DNA from: Reclinomonas americana ATCC 50394 | Lineage: Eukaryota | NCBI GenBank assembly: GCA_048213135.1 | Contig: PS015058.1 | Location: 120,042-184,041 of the forward strand | DNA length: 64,000 bases | Reading direction: 5' to 3' | Shown here: positions 12,042-24,100 of the stretch, piece after piece | Layout: every line of letters starts with the position of its first letter | How positions within the stretch are numbered: position 1 is the stretch's first letter | Made by a program: the position numbers and the translations under genes | Notes under the pieces: generated by a model | Databases searched by the model: none | Seen by the model: the letters and a program-made list of their open reading frames with translations, nothing else | What the model was told of the DNA's origin: nothing

Positions 12042-13824
12042 ATGGTGCGCACCTATCGACGAAAAGACAAGGAATTGCTCTCGTTGCGGTCACATCCACA
12101 CTACCATCATCATCATCATCACCACCACGCTGCGCATCACTCGGCCACCGGTCAACGAATCGAATCGTCGCGCTCGCCACCGCATGTCGTCGTCTCGTCA
12201 GCGCTGTCCGCCGCCGCTGACTCATCATCGCCGGCCTCTCCGACGACTCCGCCCGTGTCGACCACCTCGTCATCCTCGTCTTTGACCACTCGACTGAGCA
12301 CGCGAGCCTCTTCTGCTGCGGCTGCGGCTGCCACTGCCGTTTCGACACCGACTTCTACGCAGGGGCGTGCTTCACGGCAGACGCGGCGTGTAAAGGTTAT
12401 TTTGATATGGAGCTGTGGTGTGTGAGAGCGATTCTGCATGCTCACATTTGGCACGCGGTTGGGGTGTTGTGTTTGCGCAGATTGAGGAGTCGACGCCAAC
12501 TCCAACTCCCTCGTCGTCCACGACGACGCCAGTACCCACGAGGCGGCGAGTGTCAAGTGGAACCGCTGCTGCTGCTGCTGCTGCCACGCCAATGGAGGAG
12601 GATGCTGAAGTTGGTGGAAAGGCGCCGTTGGAGGACGAGGATGTGGTCGTGGAGGAACAGGAACAAGAAGAGGAAGAGGAGGAGGAGGAGGAGGAGGAAG
12701 AAAGTGGGGGAGTGGCGATGGATGCCGACGATGACGATGGCGAGTATCGCGACGATGGCGATGATGAGGAGGAGGAGGAAGAGGAGGAGGACGATGACGC
12801 CACCATGGACGAGGAGGACGACGTGGAGGCGCAGATTGTGGCACGACGTGGATCGGCGGCCGAAAGAAGGCGTGCGCAATCCGCCTCAACTCCCTCCGCT
12901 ACCACCACGACGTTTGATTCGGTCGAACCCCCGTCAACTCCCACGCCGTTGGCGGCGACCGCCACAACACCCATACCCGGCTCCACTCCGTCATCGAACA
13001 GGCATCATCGCTCACGTGGCAGCGGTGAGGACGACGACGAGTTTGTGTTGGCCGGCAGCAGCGACGAGTCCGACGAGGAGTACCGGCCACGGGGCCGCGG
13101 GCACGTCTCGTCTCGCTACTCGACGCGACACAGTTCCGGGAATATCAGCGGCGGCGACGACCCTGCCGGCGCCTCCTCGTCCACCGATCAGAGTGGCTAT
13201 CAGCGGCCGACCGAGGCCGAGGAGCTGCGCCAGCGGCGGCTGAATGCGCTGCGGAGGTTGACGGTGATGGATTTGGAGTCGATCGCGCAGCGGTACAACG
13301 TGCAGCCGGTGTCGGGCTTCCACCAACAACTACACGGACCGCCGCACGCGCACCACCCGCACCCGTACTCCCGCAAGGAATCTCTGGTGATTGCGCTGGT
13401 GGATCACGGCGTGGATCCGTACGTGGAGCGCAAGCGGCTCATGTCGACACCGCGCACACCCGCGTCGGCTCCGGTGGCCGCTCGCCAGCCCGTCCAGGCA
13501 CCACCATCGCTGCAGCAGTACCAGCCGACCTTCTTGCCGCCACCACCACCTTCATCATCATCGCAACAACAACCATCGTCATCGGCTGCTGGGGCTCCGC
13601 TGTCGCACGGCGCCTCCCACCTCCGTCACCATCACCCGCATCACCTGCACAACCACCACCCGCATCAGCACGTGGCGCCGATTGCCCACCAGTACCAGGT
13701 CATGCCACTGATGACCATTTGCGGACCCGTCGGCACCTCCAGTCCACCAGTGTCGTCGCTGTCGCGTCTGCGAGGTGTCATGTCTTCGCTGCTGGAGGAT
13801 TTGGTCGGCTCCAATGACGACTGA
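12042..13824 (+). CDS. Low-complexity (His/Ser/acidic) probably nuclear protein with a SAP/HeH-like helical motif
   Basis: Exon 12042-12395 (MVRTYRRKDKELL…RRVK), a GT-AG intron, then exon 12481-13824. LRRLTVMDLESIAQRYNV…SRKESLVIAL resembles the SAP/HeH motif. Confidence 0.7.
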
Positions 13825-14173
13825 GGGAAGAGGATACGGGAAGGCCTCTTTTGTGTACCGTATTTCCTCTCTGTGCATGTGTTCTCTTTCTTTTTTTTTA
13901 TTCCACGCTGCTGCTGCTTACTGTTGTTTCGCTGCTCCATGTACCAAATCTTGTGTGTTCTTTTAGTCTTTGTTGTCTCGCCTGCTTCTTCCTCGTTTTT
14001 TCCCCCACCCGCTGTCGGAAGTGTGCGTGCCTTGACCAAGGCCGTGTGTCGCTTGCGCTCTTTAGGTCAATCTGTTCTCGTCTCGGTGGTGGTGGCAACC
14101 CGCCGGGCGGCAGATTAAGTGTACTGTCAAAAAGTGTTTATCACGCTAGCATTGATCAATTCTGTGGTGTCTC

Positions 14174-14796
14174 TCATGTCCACCGCTGTTGCTTGTGGCA
14201 TGCGGGATTGGCATCGGCCGCGTCGCCGACGGGCAGTTGCACGCTCCCGGCGGCGGGCAAATTGAGGCGCGCAATCTCGCTCACGTCGTTGGTGAACCAC
14301 ACGTCCTCCTGCGACAACGTCTTCCACTGGCGGTCGATTTCGACAATCTGCGCGAGGCGGCGTGAGGAAGGTCGGGGTGGCAGGAAAGGCGTGCGATTCT
14401 CAGCGCAACGTTGCACTGCGTCTTCGGGTCTAGCTTGTATCGTGCATCCACGTCCCAGTAGTATTGCTCACGCCAGTACACGGCGCGAGTGGGTCCCTGT
14501 CGGTCAAAGTGCGACCACTGGTGTAACAGCGCAGTGAGTGGCAGAGCAGCAGGAGAGGGAGAGGGAGAGGGAGAGGGAGAGGGAGAGGGAGAGGGAGAGG
14601 GAGAGGGAGAGGGAGAGGGAGAGGAGAGGAGAGGGAGAGGGAGAGGAGAGGAGAGGAGAGGAGAGGAGAGGAGAGGAGAGGAGAGGAGAGGAGGAGGAGG
14701 AGAGAGAGAGAGAGGAGGAGGAGAGGAGAGAGAGAGAGGAGAGAGAGGAGAGGAGAGGAGAGGAGAGGAGAGAGAGGAGAGAGAGAGAGAGAGAGA

Positions 14797-14842
<46 letters not shown>

Positions 14843-16228
14843 CACAACGAACCAGCCACGCGAGCTTCACTTCTTGCGATTCCGGTGACTCTGGCGGCTG
14901 TGCATGAAGGTGAGCACTACAAAAATCGACAGAATGTAGGACTGCCGTTCTTCCAGCACCTGCTTGAGCTCGGCAATCAGGTTGCGCACTCGGTTGCGCG
15001 AGAACAGCTCTTCCATGCCTCGGAACACCGACATTTCGTGTCCCTCGGTGTCGATCTTTGCCTGCAGGCGCTTGACACTCAACTGCCACGAACAGCACAC
15101 TTTTCGGAGAATGAGGGCGCACGTACCAGCAGCACATCCTCGTGCACCACATCGGAGATGGCCAGCGATTCGACAGGACCGTTGGCATCCGGCTTCATGA
15201 CAGTCTCCATGGATCCGTGACCCTCCTGACAAAGCACAGAGGGATAAGGACATGAGACAGTCGCACTCTTCTCTCTCCCTCTCTTTTCCCTCCTTCCCCT
15301 TCTACCCCCCTCCCTCCTTTCGCTCACCGACTGCAAACTATACCGCTTGCCACTGCGCTCCGACACGGCATTCTCAAACACCTTCACTCGATCGCCGACA
15401 CGATTGAGATCGGCGTTGAACTGCATACCACAATTATGTGAGCGTCACTTCCTGAAACCACGAGAGAAGAGCGAGACGCACCTTGATCAAGAAGATCCCG
15501 TCGGCAGTCGGCTCAAACATGTACACGCGGCAGCCATACGACGCCGCCATCAGACCAAAGTAGCCAGCATACGCCTGCACGATATCAGCATCACTGAACC
15601 CAAGCGCGCTTTTCCAGGCGACACGAAACTCCAATGTCCAGCACAAGCGGAGGCGGCGACTGCGACGAGCAGCCTTGCGAGAGGATACGATGCACAATCG
15701 CAGTCTCCGTCTGCGCCCACATGCCGCTCCGGATCATCATCTATCCATCCCAGCTCAGCAACTGACAGGACGACTTCTCCTCTCCCCGCTCACGACGCAA
15801 CTCGATGCGCATCGACCTGCGGCGGCAACGCCATCACAAACGACGGCGATGTACGCATCGTGGCGAGCTGCAAAATGGGTTCGGCCACACGCAGCGAGCT
15901 CGCCACCCAATCCACCCGTTTCCGCGCCTTTTCCACTGCTTCCGCCCTGCTCGCCCTCACGCGCACCTGCAACGCACGCAACACCGCCACGGGTATACCC
16001 GCAGACGGCGACACAAGCATCTCCTCCAGAACGGATTCATTGTCGCCGAGTGCGCTCAGAGACAACACGCCCTTTGTGTGTGTTCTTCCGTAAATATGCG
16101 ACATGATTTGGCGGGAATGCGCATGCGCAAAAAGACGAAACTCGTGAGGTGAGCGCTTGTGTGAGTGGCGCCATGCTCGCGACTGGCCAGTCGTTGTCCG
16201 CAGCCAGTTGCGCCAGTGTTGCCTCCAT
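14174..16228 (-). CDS. FkbM-family SAM-dependent methyltransferase
   Basis: The spliced product contains VLDIG|AYAGYFGLMAASYGCRVYMFEP, VKVFENAVS and DVLL|AKIDTEGHEMSVFRG, which are typical FkbM motifs. About 10 exons, all in frame. Confidence 0.85.
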
Positions 16229-16483
16229 TGACACTTTTAAGAGAGTGAAAGTGTGAGAGAAAGAAAGAGTGAGTTTTTCCTTTTGCGCGCGCATTGCTCA
16301 CCAGAGGCGCTGCATGTCAGCACCACCAGCGACAGCACAACGCAGACGAGTGTCACGCGCTGCATGTCTCTCTCTCACAAAGTGTTTGCGTGTGACAATT
16401 GCGCTCGAGCACGTCTGTCCACTGTCCCGTCGTCGTCATCGAGTGTGTGTGTGTTGCCCCTCCGCCCTCCCGCGTCCGGTCTC

Positions 16484-18045
16484 ATGGACTTGGGTGGTGC
16501 GTCTCGCGCATACAGACATGAAACGCAAAAAAGGAAAAAACGCAGGCGGAAGAGATCCGCCATGTCGACTCCCTCTCTTTCTCCTCACACACACTCTCTC
16601 ACTCTGCCTCTCTCTCTCTCTGCCTCTCTCTCTCTCTCTCTCTCACTTTCCGACTTCAACGATGTCTTATTTCTCATTGATTTTTCATGCAGGTGTGCAA
16701 AAGTTGAGAGAGGGCCTCCGCCTGCTCAAGTACGGTCGCAAGGGAAAGCCACACAAGCGCATTTTCCGGTTAATCGAGGATGACTCGATCCTCGTGTGGG
16801 ATTCATCCAACAAATCGCGAGATGAAAGTGCAGGTTTGTGAGGCACCTTGAGTCGCCTCTCTCTCCTGTCTCTCCTCCTCCTCCTCTTCCTCATCCACAG
16901 TCTGTAGTTCCTCCTCCTTGTGCTTCTTCTTCTCCCCCTTCTTCTCCTCTTCTTCTTCTTGTTCTTCTTCTCCTCCTTCTCCTCCTTCTTCTCATCCTTC
17001 TCCTCCTTCGCATCATCCTCCTCCTCGTCGTCCTTCTCTTCCTTCTCGTCTTTCTTCTTCTCCTGTTTCTCCTCCTCTTCCTTCTCTCCTCCTCATTCTT
17101 CTTGCTCTTCTTCTTCTTCTTCTCCTCTTCCTCCTCCTCCTCCTCTTCCTCCTCCTCCTCATCCACTTCCTCCTCCAGTGCTGTTGAATCAAGTCGACAA
17201 CATCTTGTTGGGAAGGCGCACGGAGGTTTTCAAGCGACGCAAGGATGGAGTATCGGAGGATTTGTGCTTTTCGTTGCAGTTTGGCACCGGATCGAAGAAC
17301 ACGTTGGATCTGGCGTGCGAGAGTGTGGAGCAGCGCAAGATTATCACCGATACGCTGATTGCGCTGGTGCGCATCAATAAGGACACGTTGTCGCTGTTGA
17401 GTGTGTCGCTGCCGCTGCGGAGATCGTCGGCGGTCTCGTCGCCCTCGTCGCTGTCGTCATCGGCACCGCTGTCGTCGTCGTCCTCCTCGTCCTCGTCGTC
17501 ACCACCGTCGGGGAGTGGTGGGTCGGGATCGTCGCTTGGCGGTGGAGTCGGTGGCAACGGGGCGACTGGCAGCAGTGGCGGAAGTGGAGGTGGGAGCATT
17601 CAGGCGTATGCGGAGCAGGCGGTCAGTGAGCTGTTTGCCGATCTGGACGATCTCGATCCACACATTCAGTTCCAGGCGCTGTCGACGCTCGTGGTGCTGT
17701 GCGAGAGATCCGAGGGTGAGAGACGGCGGCGGGCGAATGATGGCTTCAAGCTCATGCTCATATCTCTCTCTCACACATTCAGGTCAAACCGGCGCCGTCA
17801 TGCCCACCATTCTGTCGATGCCGTTTGCGCCGCTGCTGCATTTTATCTCGCAACACGTGGACCTGGCATTTGTGTTGCAATCGTTGCGATTGGTGGCGGC
17901 CCTGTGCCGCACCTTCCAGGGCAAGGCCAAGCTCGTGTCGGAGAATTTCGTGCGCAAGATCTGCAAGCTCAAGTCGCAGCATCCGCTGGCGCGGCGGCGT
18001 GCCGTCGAGATTTTGGGCGCGCTGGTTTCGCTGGGTGAGTCATGA

Positions 18046-18110
<65 letters not shown>

Positions 18111-21100
18111 ACAGTTTCGCCAGATTATTTCTCTCCTCTCGCGCTTTGCTTTCTCTCACTCACACTTTCGTTGCAGGACTTTCTCTCTCTTCCTCAGCAC
18201 TTTATTTGTCTCTCTCACGCTCGTCACTTTATTTCTCACGTCTTTCGCGCTTGGCTTCTCTCGCATGCACCTTGCTCCATGTTCTCTCTCACTTCTCTTT
18301 CTCTCTCTTTCTCTCACTCACACTCTGCACACATAATTTTTCTCTCTTCCTCACCACTTTGTTTCTCTCTCTGTCTCTCTTTCTCCTTTTGTCTCTCACT
18401 TTCGTCACGTTTTTTTCTCTCTTCCTTTGCGCTTTGCTTCCTCTCTCTGACTCTCTCCCTCCCTCTCACACTTTCGTCACAATTGTTTCTTTTCTTTCGC
18501 ACTTTACTTCTCTCTTTGTCTCTCTGCCTTTCCCTTTCTCTCTCTCTCACACTTTCATCACTTTGTTTTCTCTGTTCTCTGCATCTTGTTGTCTCTCTCC
18601 CTCCCCCCTCTTCGTCGCATCATTCTCATCTCTCGCGCTTTGCTTTCTTTCTCCTCCCTCTCTTTCTCACGCTGCCTCCCTCCCTCCCTTTCTCCCTCCC
18701 TTCCCCCCCTTCCTCTCCCTTACCCCCTTCTTCCCCCTTCCCAGACGAGTTCGTGGGGGTGGTGGTGGCGGAGGGCGGTGTGAGCTTCCTGCTGCAAGTG
18801 ATCGAGGCAGATGCACACGAAGAGACGCGTGTGTCGGCGCTGCGGTGCTTGCTGGACGTGGCCTCGTCGATGCACGCCGACACACTCATTCCGACCAACA
18901 CGCTGCCGATTTTGTTGGAGATGATTTTGGCGTACGATCCGCAAGAGAACGAGCCACTGGAGAGTGTGTTGCTGGCGGAGAAGGTGTTGTCGCGTCTTGG
19001 CGACGGTGTGCTGGTGCCCGACGAGGCTGTCGAGCGCGACGAGGCCATTTATCAGCGTATCGATCGCTTTGGGCGCATGTCGCCGAACCAGACGTTGCTG
19101 ACGCTGCTGCGATTGGCCATGCTGGCCGCCGAGGACTCCAATCTGCGCACTCTGCAAGACCGTGGCCTATTTTCGAAACTGCGGCCCGTCATCAAGCACT
19201 CGAACCCTTCGCGTCGACTGGCCACACGCATCATGTCGTACTTTGTGGACTCGAAAGGTCTGTCAGCCTTTGTCATTACGGCGGCGTCTCGCTGTATGGA
19301 GTTTCTCACCTTGCTGGCACAGAGAAAGCGTCGCAGCAGGCGGAGGATGGAGAGGATGCCGACGCATTGATTGCGTTCTTCAAGGACGGACTGGAGCAGG
19401 ACGATGAGGAGATTCAGTTTATTTCGCTGAACAGCTTCCTCTTTATGAGCAGCGTTTGTGCGTCACCATTGTCTGATGGCGCTTGATGAGCGTCTCCTCA
19501 CTCCTTTCCTTCTTTGCATCCCCCCAGTGCCGCTCAAGCGCAAGATTGTGCTGAGTGGCGTGATTCCGTCGCTGTGGCTGCTGACCAAGGGCAACGACGT
19601 GCGTGTGGTGGAGAGCACGTTCCAGGTGTTGAACAAGTTGGCGGGATTGGAGAATGTGTCGCCAAAGGTCTCGAGGCGTGGTCTCTACCCGTTCTTGGAC
19701 ATTGCAACAGTGTGCGCCAACAACGAGGAGCTGGCCGAGAAAGTCATTCACACCATGATGTGCATGCGGACTATCAGTTGCGTCGAGCGTGATACGCACG
19801 TCGCACTGAGTGCTCGTTGATCTCACTGCCGAGCTCACCACAGGTGCCGACGCGCATCGCACACTGCTCGAGTTTGCCGCCACCATGTTGCAATCCAAGT
19901 CCAACACCATTCGGAAGAACGTGTGCTACCTCCTCGGCACATTCTACCTCCGCGGTGCGTGGATGAGTAGTTCTTGAAGATGTCTTCTTCTATGAAGGCT
20001 GACTCTCCTCGCGCGCAGAGGCCAGTCGAGATCTGGAGCGAGTGCTGTCGGAGCGAGTGAAGGGCACTGTTGTGCGCAACCATTTCGCCCTGGACGCTGG
20101 ATGGATCGTGTACACCAACACACTGGTGCCGTGATTCGCTGCCTTTCATCTTCTTTTTTGCTTCCTCATTCACTTTGGTGGCCCGCAGATGGAGGAAATG
20201 GTCCGTGCATCGTCGGCCTTTGCGCCGTACGTGGTGGTACACATGGGCAGTGGAGCACCCAATGCCGTGCCGCGCTACATGCTCGCGCCACCCGATGTGG
20301 CCACCAGCGTCATTGGTGTGTTCTATCGCACACACACACACGTCTCTTCTTTACTATCCACTCACGATCCGACTTGCACGCAGAGATGCGACTGCGAATC
20401 AGCGAGTGCATGCGTCTTCTCGGCAGTGCCCTCCGCTCCCGCGCTTCCACTCGCTGGATCGACTCAATGGAGCGGGCGCGCGATCTGCCCTCCGAAACCC
20501 TCTCGCAGCGTGTATCACGGTTTGTGTCACTACCGCAGAGGCATAGTGGCGGTCGTCGTGCAGTGCTGACCGTGCCGGGGTGTCGTAGATCAATTGAGAT
20601 GCGAAGCGTGCGCGACGAGTTCTTCAGCCACTGCACCACCAAGGCCTCGACCATAATCAACGAGCTTTCACTGCCGGCGGACCGTCGCTCTGTCAACTCG
20701 TTCGCGTTGCCGAATCGACGTCTGGTAAGACAGAGTGCAGTGCTTGCGTGTGTATGCAGTCGTGCTTATTTACTCTGCACGCCAGGTGTACTACGACGAC
20801 GGCATCATGTACATGGTGTGCTCGCTGTCGGAGGACGAGCGAAAAGGTTTGGTGGTCGAGGGATTGCATGTCGAACTGAACATTTGAGTTGACTCCTTAT
20901 GGTTACCCACAGCGTGCAAAAACGAGATCAAGGCTCTCGATCTCGTGATTCAGGCCAGCGTCGAGGAACTCACTGTGCCACTGGCGTGTGTGGTGGACTA
21001 TGTTGGCATTGTTGTCTTGTGCATGTCATTGTGAGTGGCCTTCCCCACTTATATCTCTCTATGGGTCACATTCTCACGTCCATTCAGCGTTGCCATCAAC

Positions 21101-24100
21101 GATCACACGACATTGTTTGCCGGTCTCGACAACCCGCGATCACCGTTTGAGTTGTCGGCCGACGCATTCGCACCCCTGGATGCACTCGGACGCGAGCTCG
21201 GTCTCAAGATCCACATGGTCGGCTTTGGCGAGAACCGCCACTCGGTGTCGGTGCCTGCTGACCTCGAGTTGCACGCGCTGCTGAAGGCACCCGATCTGCC
21301 CTCCTCCAAGTCCATCATCTTCAATGTGGGCCGCCTGATGCCCCCAGAGGCTCCCGGCATTTTGGCACCGCCTCGGTACTGCGTGTGTCCTTTTCGCATC
21401 CCGGACTCCCCCTGTGCTCACTGTCTGCTGCAGGAGTGTGAGCTCTGTCAACTACAGATTACTGCGTCGCGAGTTTGTACAGTCGTGGAAATCTCGCCTA
21501 AGTCCCGATGCGTTTGTCGGTTTTGGATACGATCGTGCTGGCGAGCATCAACGAGATGTGGTGGCAGCGACTGTGCACTTGCGTGACGTTGCGTGCTTCA
21601 CTCCCACTACTTGTTGTCTTGCCTGTGTGCGTGCTTATGCGCTGCTGCAGGAGGTGATTCCCAATGCGGCTGCCGTGCTGTCACACATGGCGACGGGCGT
21701 CGATGTGACGAATGTGCTGCATGAGATGGGCGTCAATCTGCGCCACATGGGTCTCGTCCGCACTCTCGTGTCATCTCCCGATATGCGCAGTCGTCTCCTG
21801 GCCGAGATGATTGCGCGCACGGCCAAGTGCGTGCTGGCCTCGGCACTTGCGCAGTCCGAGTTTGCTGGTGACGAGCGCACCTACAAGACCGAGGCCGTGA
21901 AGATCCTCAACAATCTCCTGGGTGTGGGACCGTACACGCTCGAGGAGTGGCAGGTGAGAGGGTTTATGGGATGGCCTTCCGTGTGGAACGCGTGGCGCTT
22001 ATTCGACTCGCAGATTGTGAAAGAGATCATGGTCGACAAATTCCACAGTGCGCTGACGCCGGCCGAGTTCGAGCGCAGCTTCGATTTGAGGAAACAGGTC
22101 GGTGGTCGTCGGGGGTTTCAATGCTTGGAATCGTGGTGCTCATGCAGTCTGCTTCTCCTCTCCCACGCAGATCAATCGTCTCATGCTTGGTGAGCTGCTG
22201 GAGCGCGAACTCGGCATTGTGTTCCGCCGCGACGCTGTGGAAAAGTACCTCGTGGATCCCAACCTGCTGGATACGGAGTCGCCGTTCTCCGACAGTGACA
22301 TCCAGCCCGTGCGCGTCAAGGTTTGCCCCTCTGTGAGTGGTTGGCAGCGCCTTGCGTATCATCATTGTGACTTCTCCACAGTTGCTGCGCTACGACGAGG
22401 AAGATGCCGTGTTCCAGATGATGCGCAAGGAGAGGAGATTACTCACGGACTTGCTGCCGACGCCTAACACTGGTGCGCGTGTTTGTGTGTGCTGGTCATC
22501 ATTGGAGGGGCGAGTGACTCACAGCATGCCTGCAGATGTGACCAAGCTGCCCGAGAATATCATCAAGTGCATCCTTCGCTTCACAAGATGTCAGACGGTG
22601 TTTGCTCTGGCATCTGCTGGTGTTGGCTCCCATTCGCACTTGGCTCTCCTTCGTGAGGCGTGGAAGTGCTATGCGGGCTTGTACCGGCCCGACTTGTTGC
22701 ACGCCATGAGTGAGAAGATTGTTGCGTGCCATTCATCTTTTCCACTCCTCTTCCCACTGCTGTTTCGTGCCTGACTGACGTGGCACACGCACAGCGCGAG
22801 CTCGAGTCCAGTGAATTGGTCTTGTCGCACGAGCGACGATTCAACCTGCAGGCCGACACGGAGACGTATCTCGGCTTGGCGCGCGGTCTCACTGCCACCA
22901 ATGTGGCGTCGCTGATGTTGCGATGATTTGATGGACTCGTTATTTTTCAGTTGTGATTGTGCTCATCCCATGTCTCTCATTCGCCGACAGTGCCGCCATG
23001 GAGAACATGCGCGTCATTGGCTATGCCACCGATCTTTACGCGCACAAACTAGTGCAGGCCGCGTGCTTGTCGATCCAGAACCCGTCGGCCGTGACCGCTG
23101 CAGACTTGGCACCGGGCATTGACTTGCTGCAGCGAGGCATGAGCGCGGCGCCGTTCAACTCGGAGATTCAAATGGTAACGCTGAGGTGGCGACGGCTGCT
23201 AGGATGATTTAGAAGTCGACTGACGTGTGTTTTGTACAGATGACGATTGAGCGCATTTTCGACATTTTCCCTCGACCGAGTTCGATTGGCCCGGTGAAGA
23301 GTCTGGACTCGCTGCAGAGTTTGCTCGGCAAGGTGACTGACTCGGCCGAGATTCCCGTCAGTTCCACCGATGTGCGTACTCTCTGTTGTCTGCCTGCTTC
23401 CGCACGACAGTACTTTACTGACTGTTTGTCACGACGAGCAGCTGAGTGTCACTCGTTGGTCTCTGGTGCTCGAGTCCGTCAAGGCGCAGTTGGGCGACAG
23501 CGACGTGACGATTGCATTCCTGCTGCTGTTCTCCGAGCACTACTTGGCCATGGGCGAGCAGCACCAGGCGGTGGATTTGGCGACGAGCGCGCTGGCGATG
23601 GTGCGGATTGCGAGTCTCCCCCAACCTCGTGCTCCTTCCCTCACCACTCGTGCAGTACTCGAAGCGCTACCCCAATCAGTGGACCAAGAACATCTTGTAT
23701 GCGCACTGCCACCGTGCACTCGGCGCCGCCAACATGACGGTGGACGAGCGTCGCGCCATTGAGTCATTGCGAAACGTGCGTCACATATCTTCTCTCCGCT
23801 TCTGCTCGCTTTCTCCTTGGCTGACAAGGTGTTTCTGCATGTGCAGTCGCTCGACGCCTACCGCTATCTCGGTCGCGATGTGTCATCATCTGGTCGATCG
23901 ACGCTCAAAAAGTATGAGCACATGACTTGCATTCTGTTGCAGCTGACGCTGATTCATGAAGGCTCGCCGAACTCGTTTGCCGAGTTTGATCTTGTTGCGT
24001 CTTGATTCGTCTGTGGGTCGGCCTCGGTCAACATGCGTCTCACCCGCTGCCCGCGTGCACAATGTAGCTGAACGAGTCGCTGGCCGAGTACCGCGACTCG

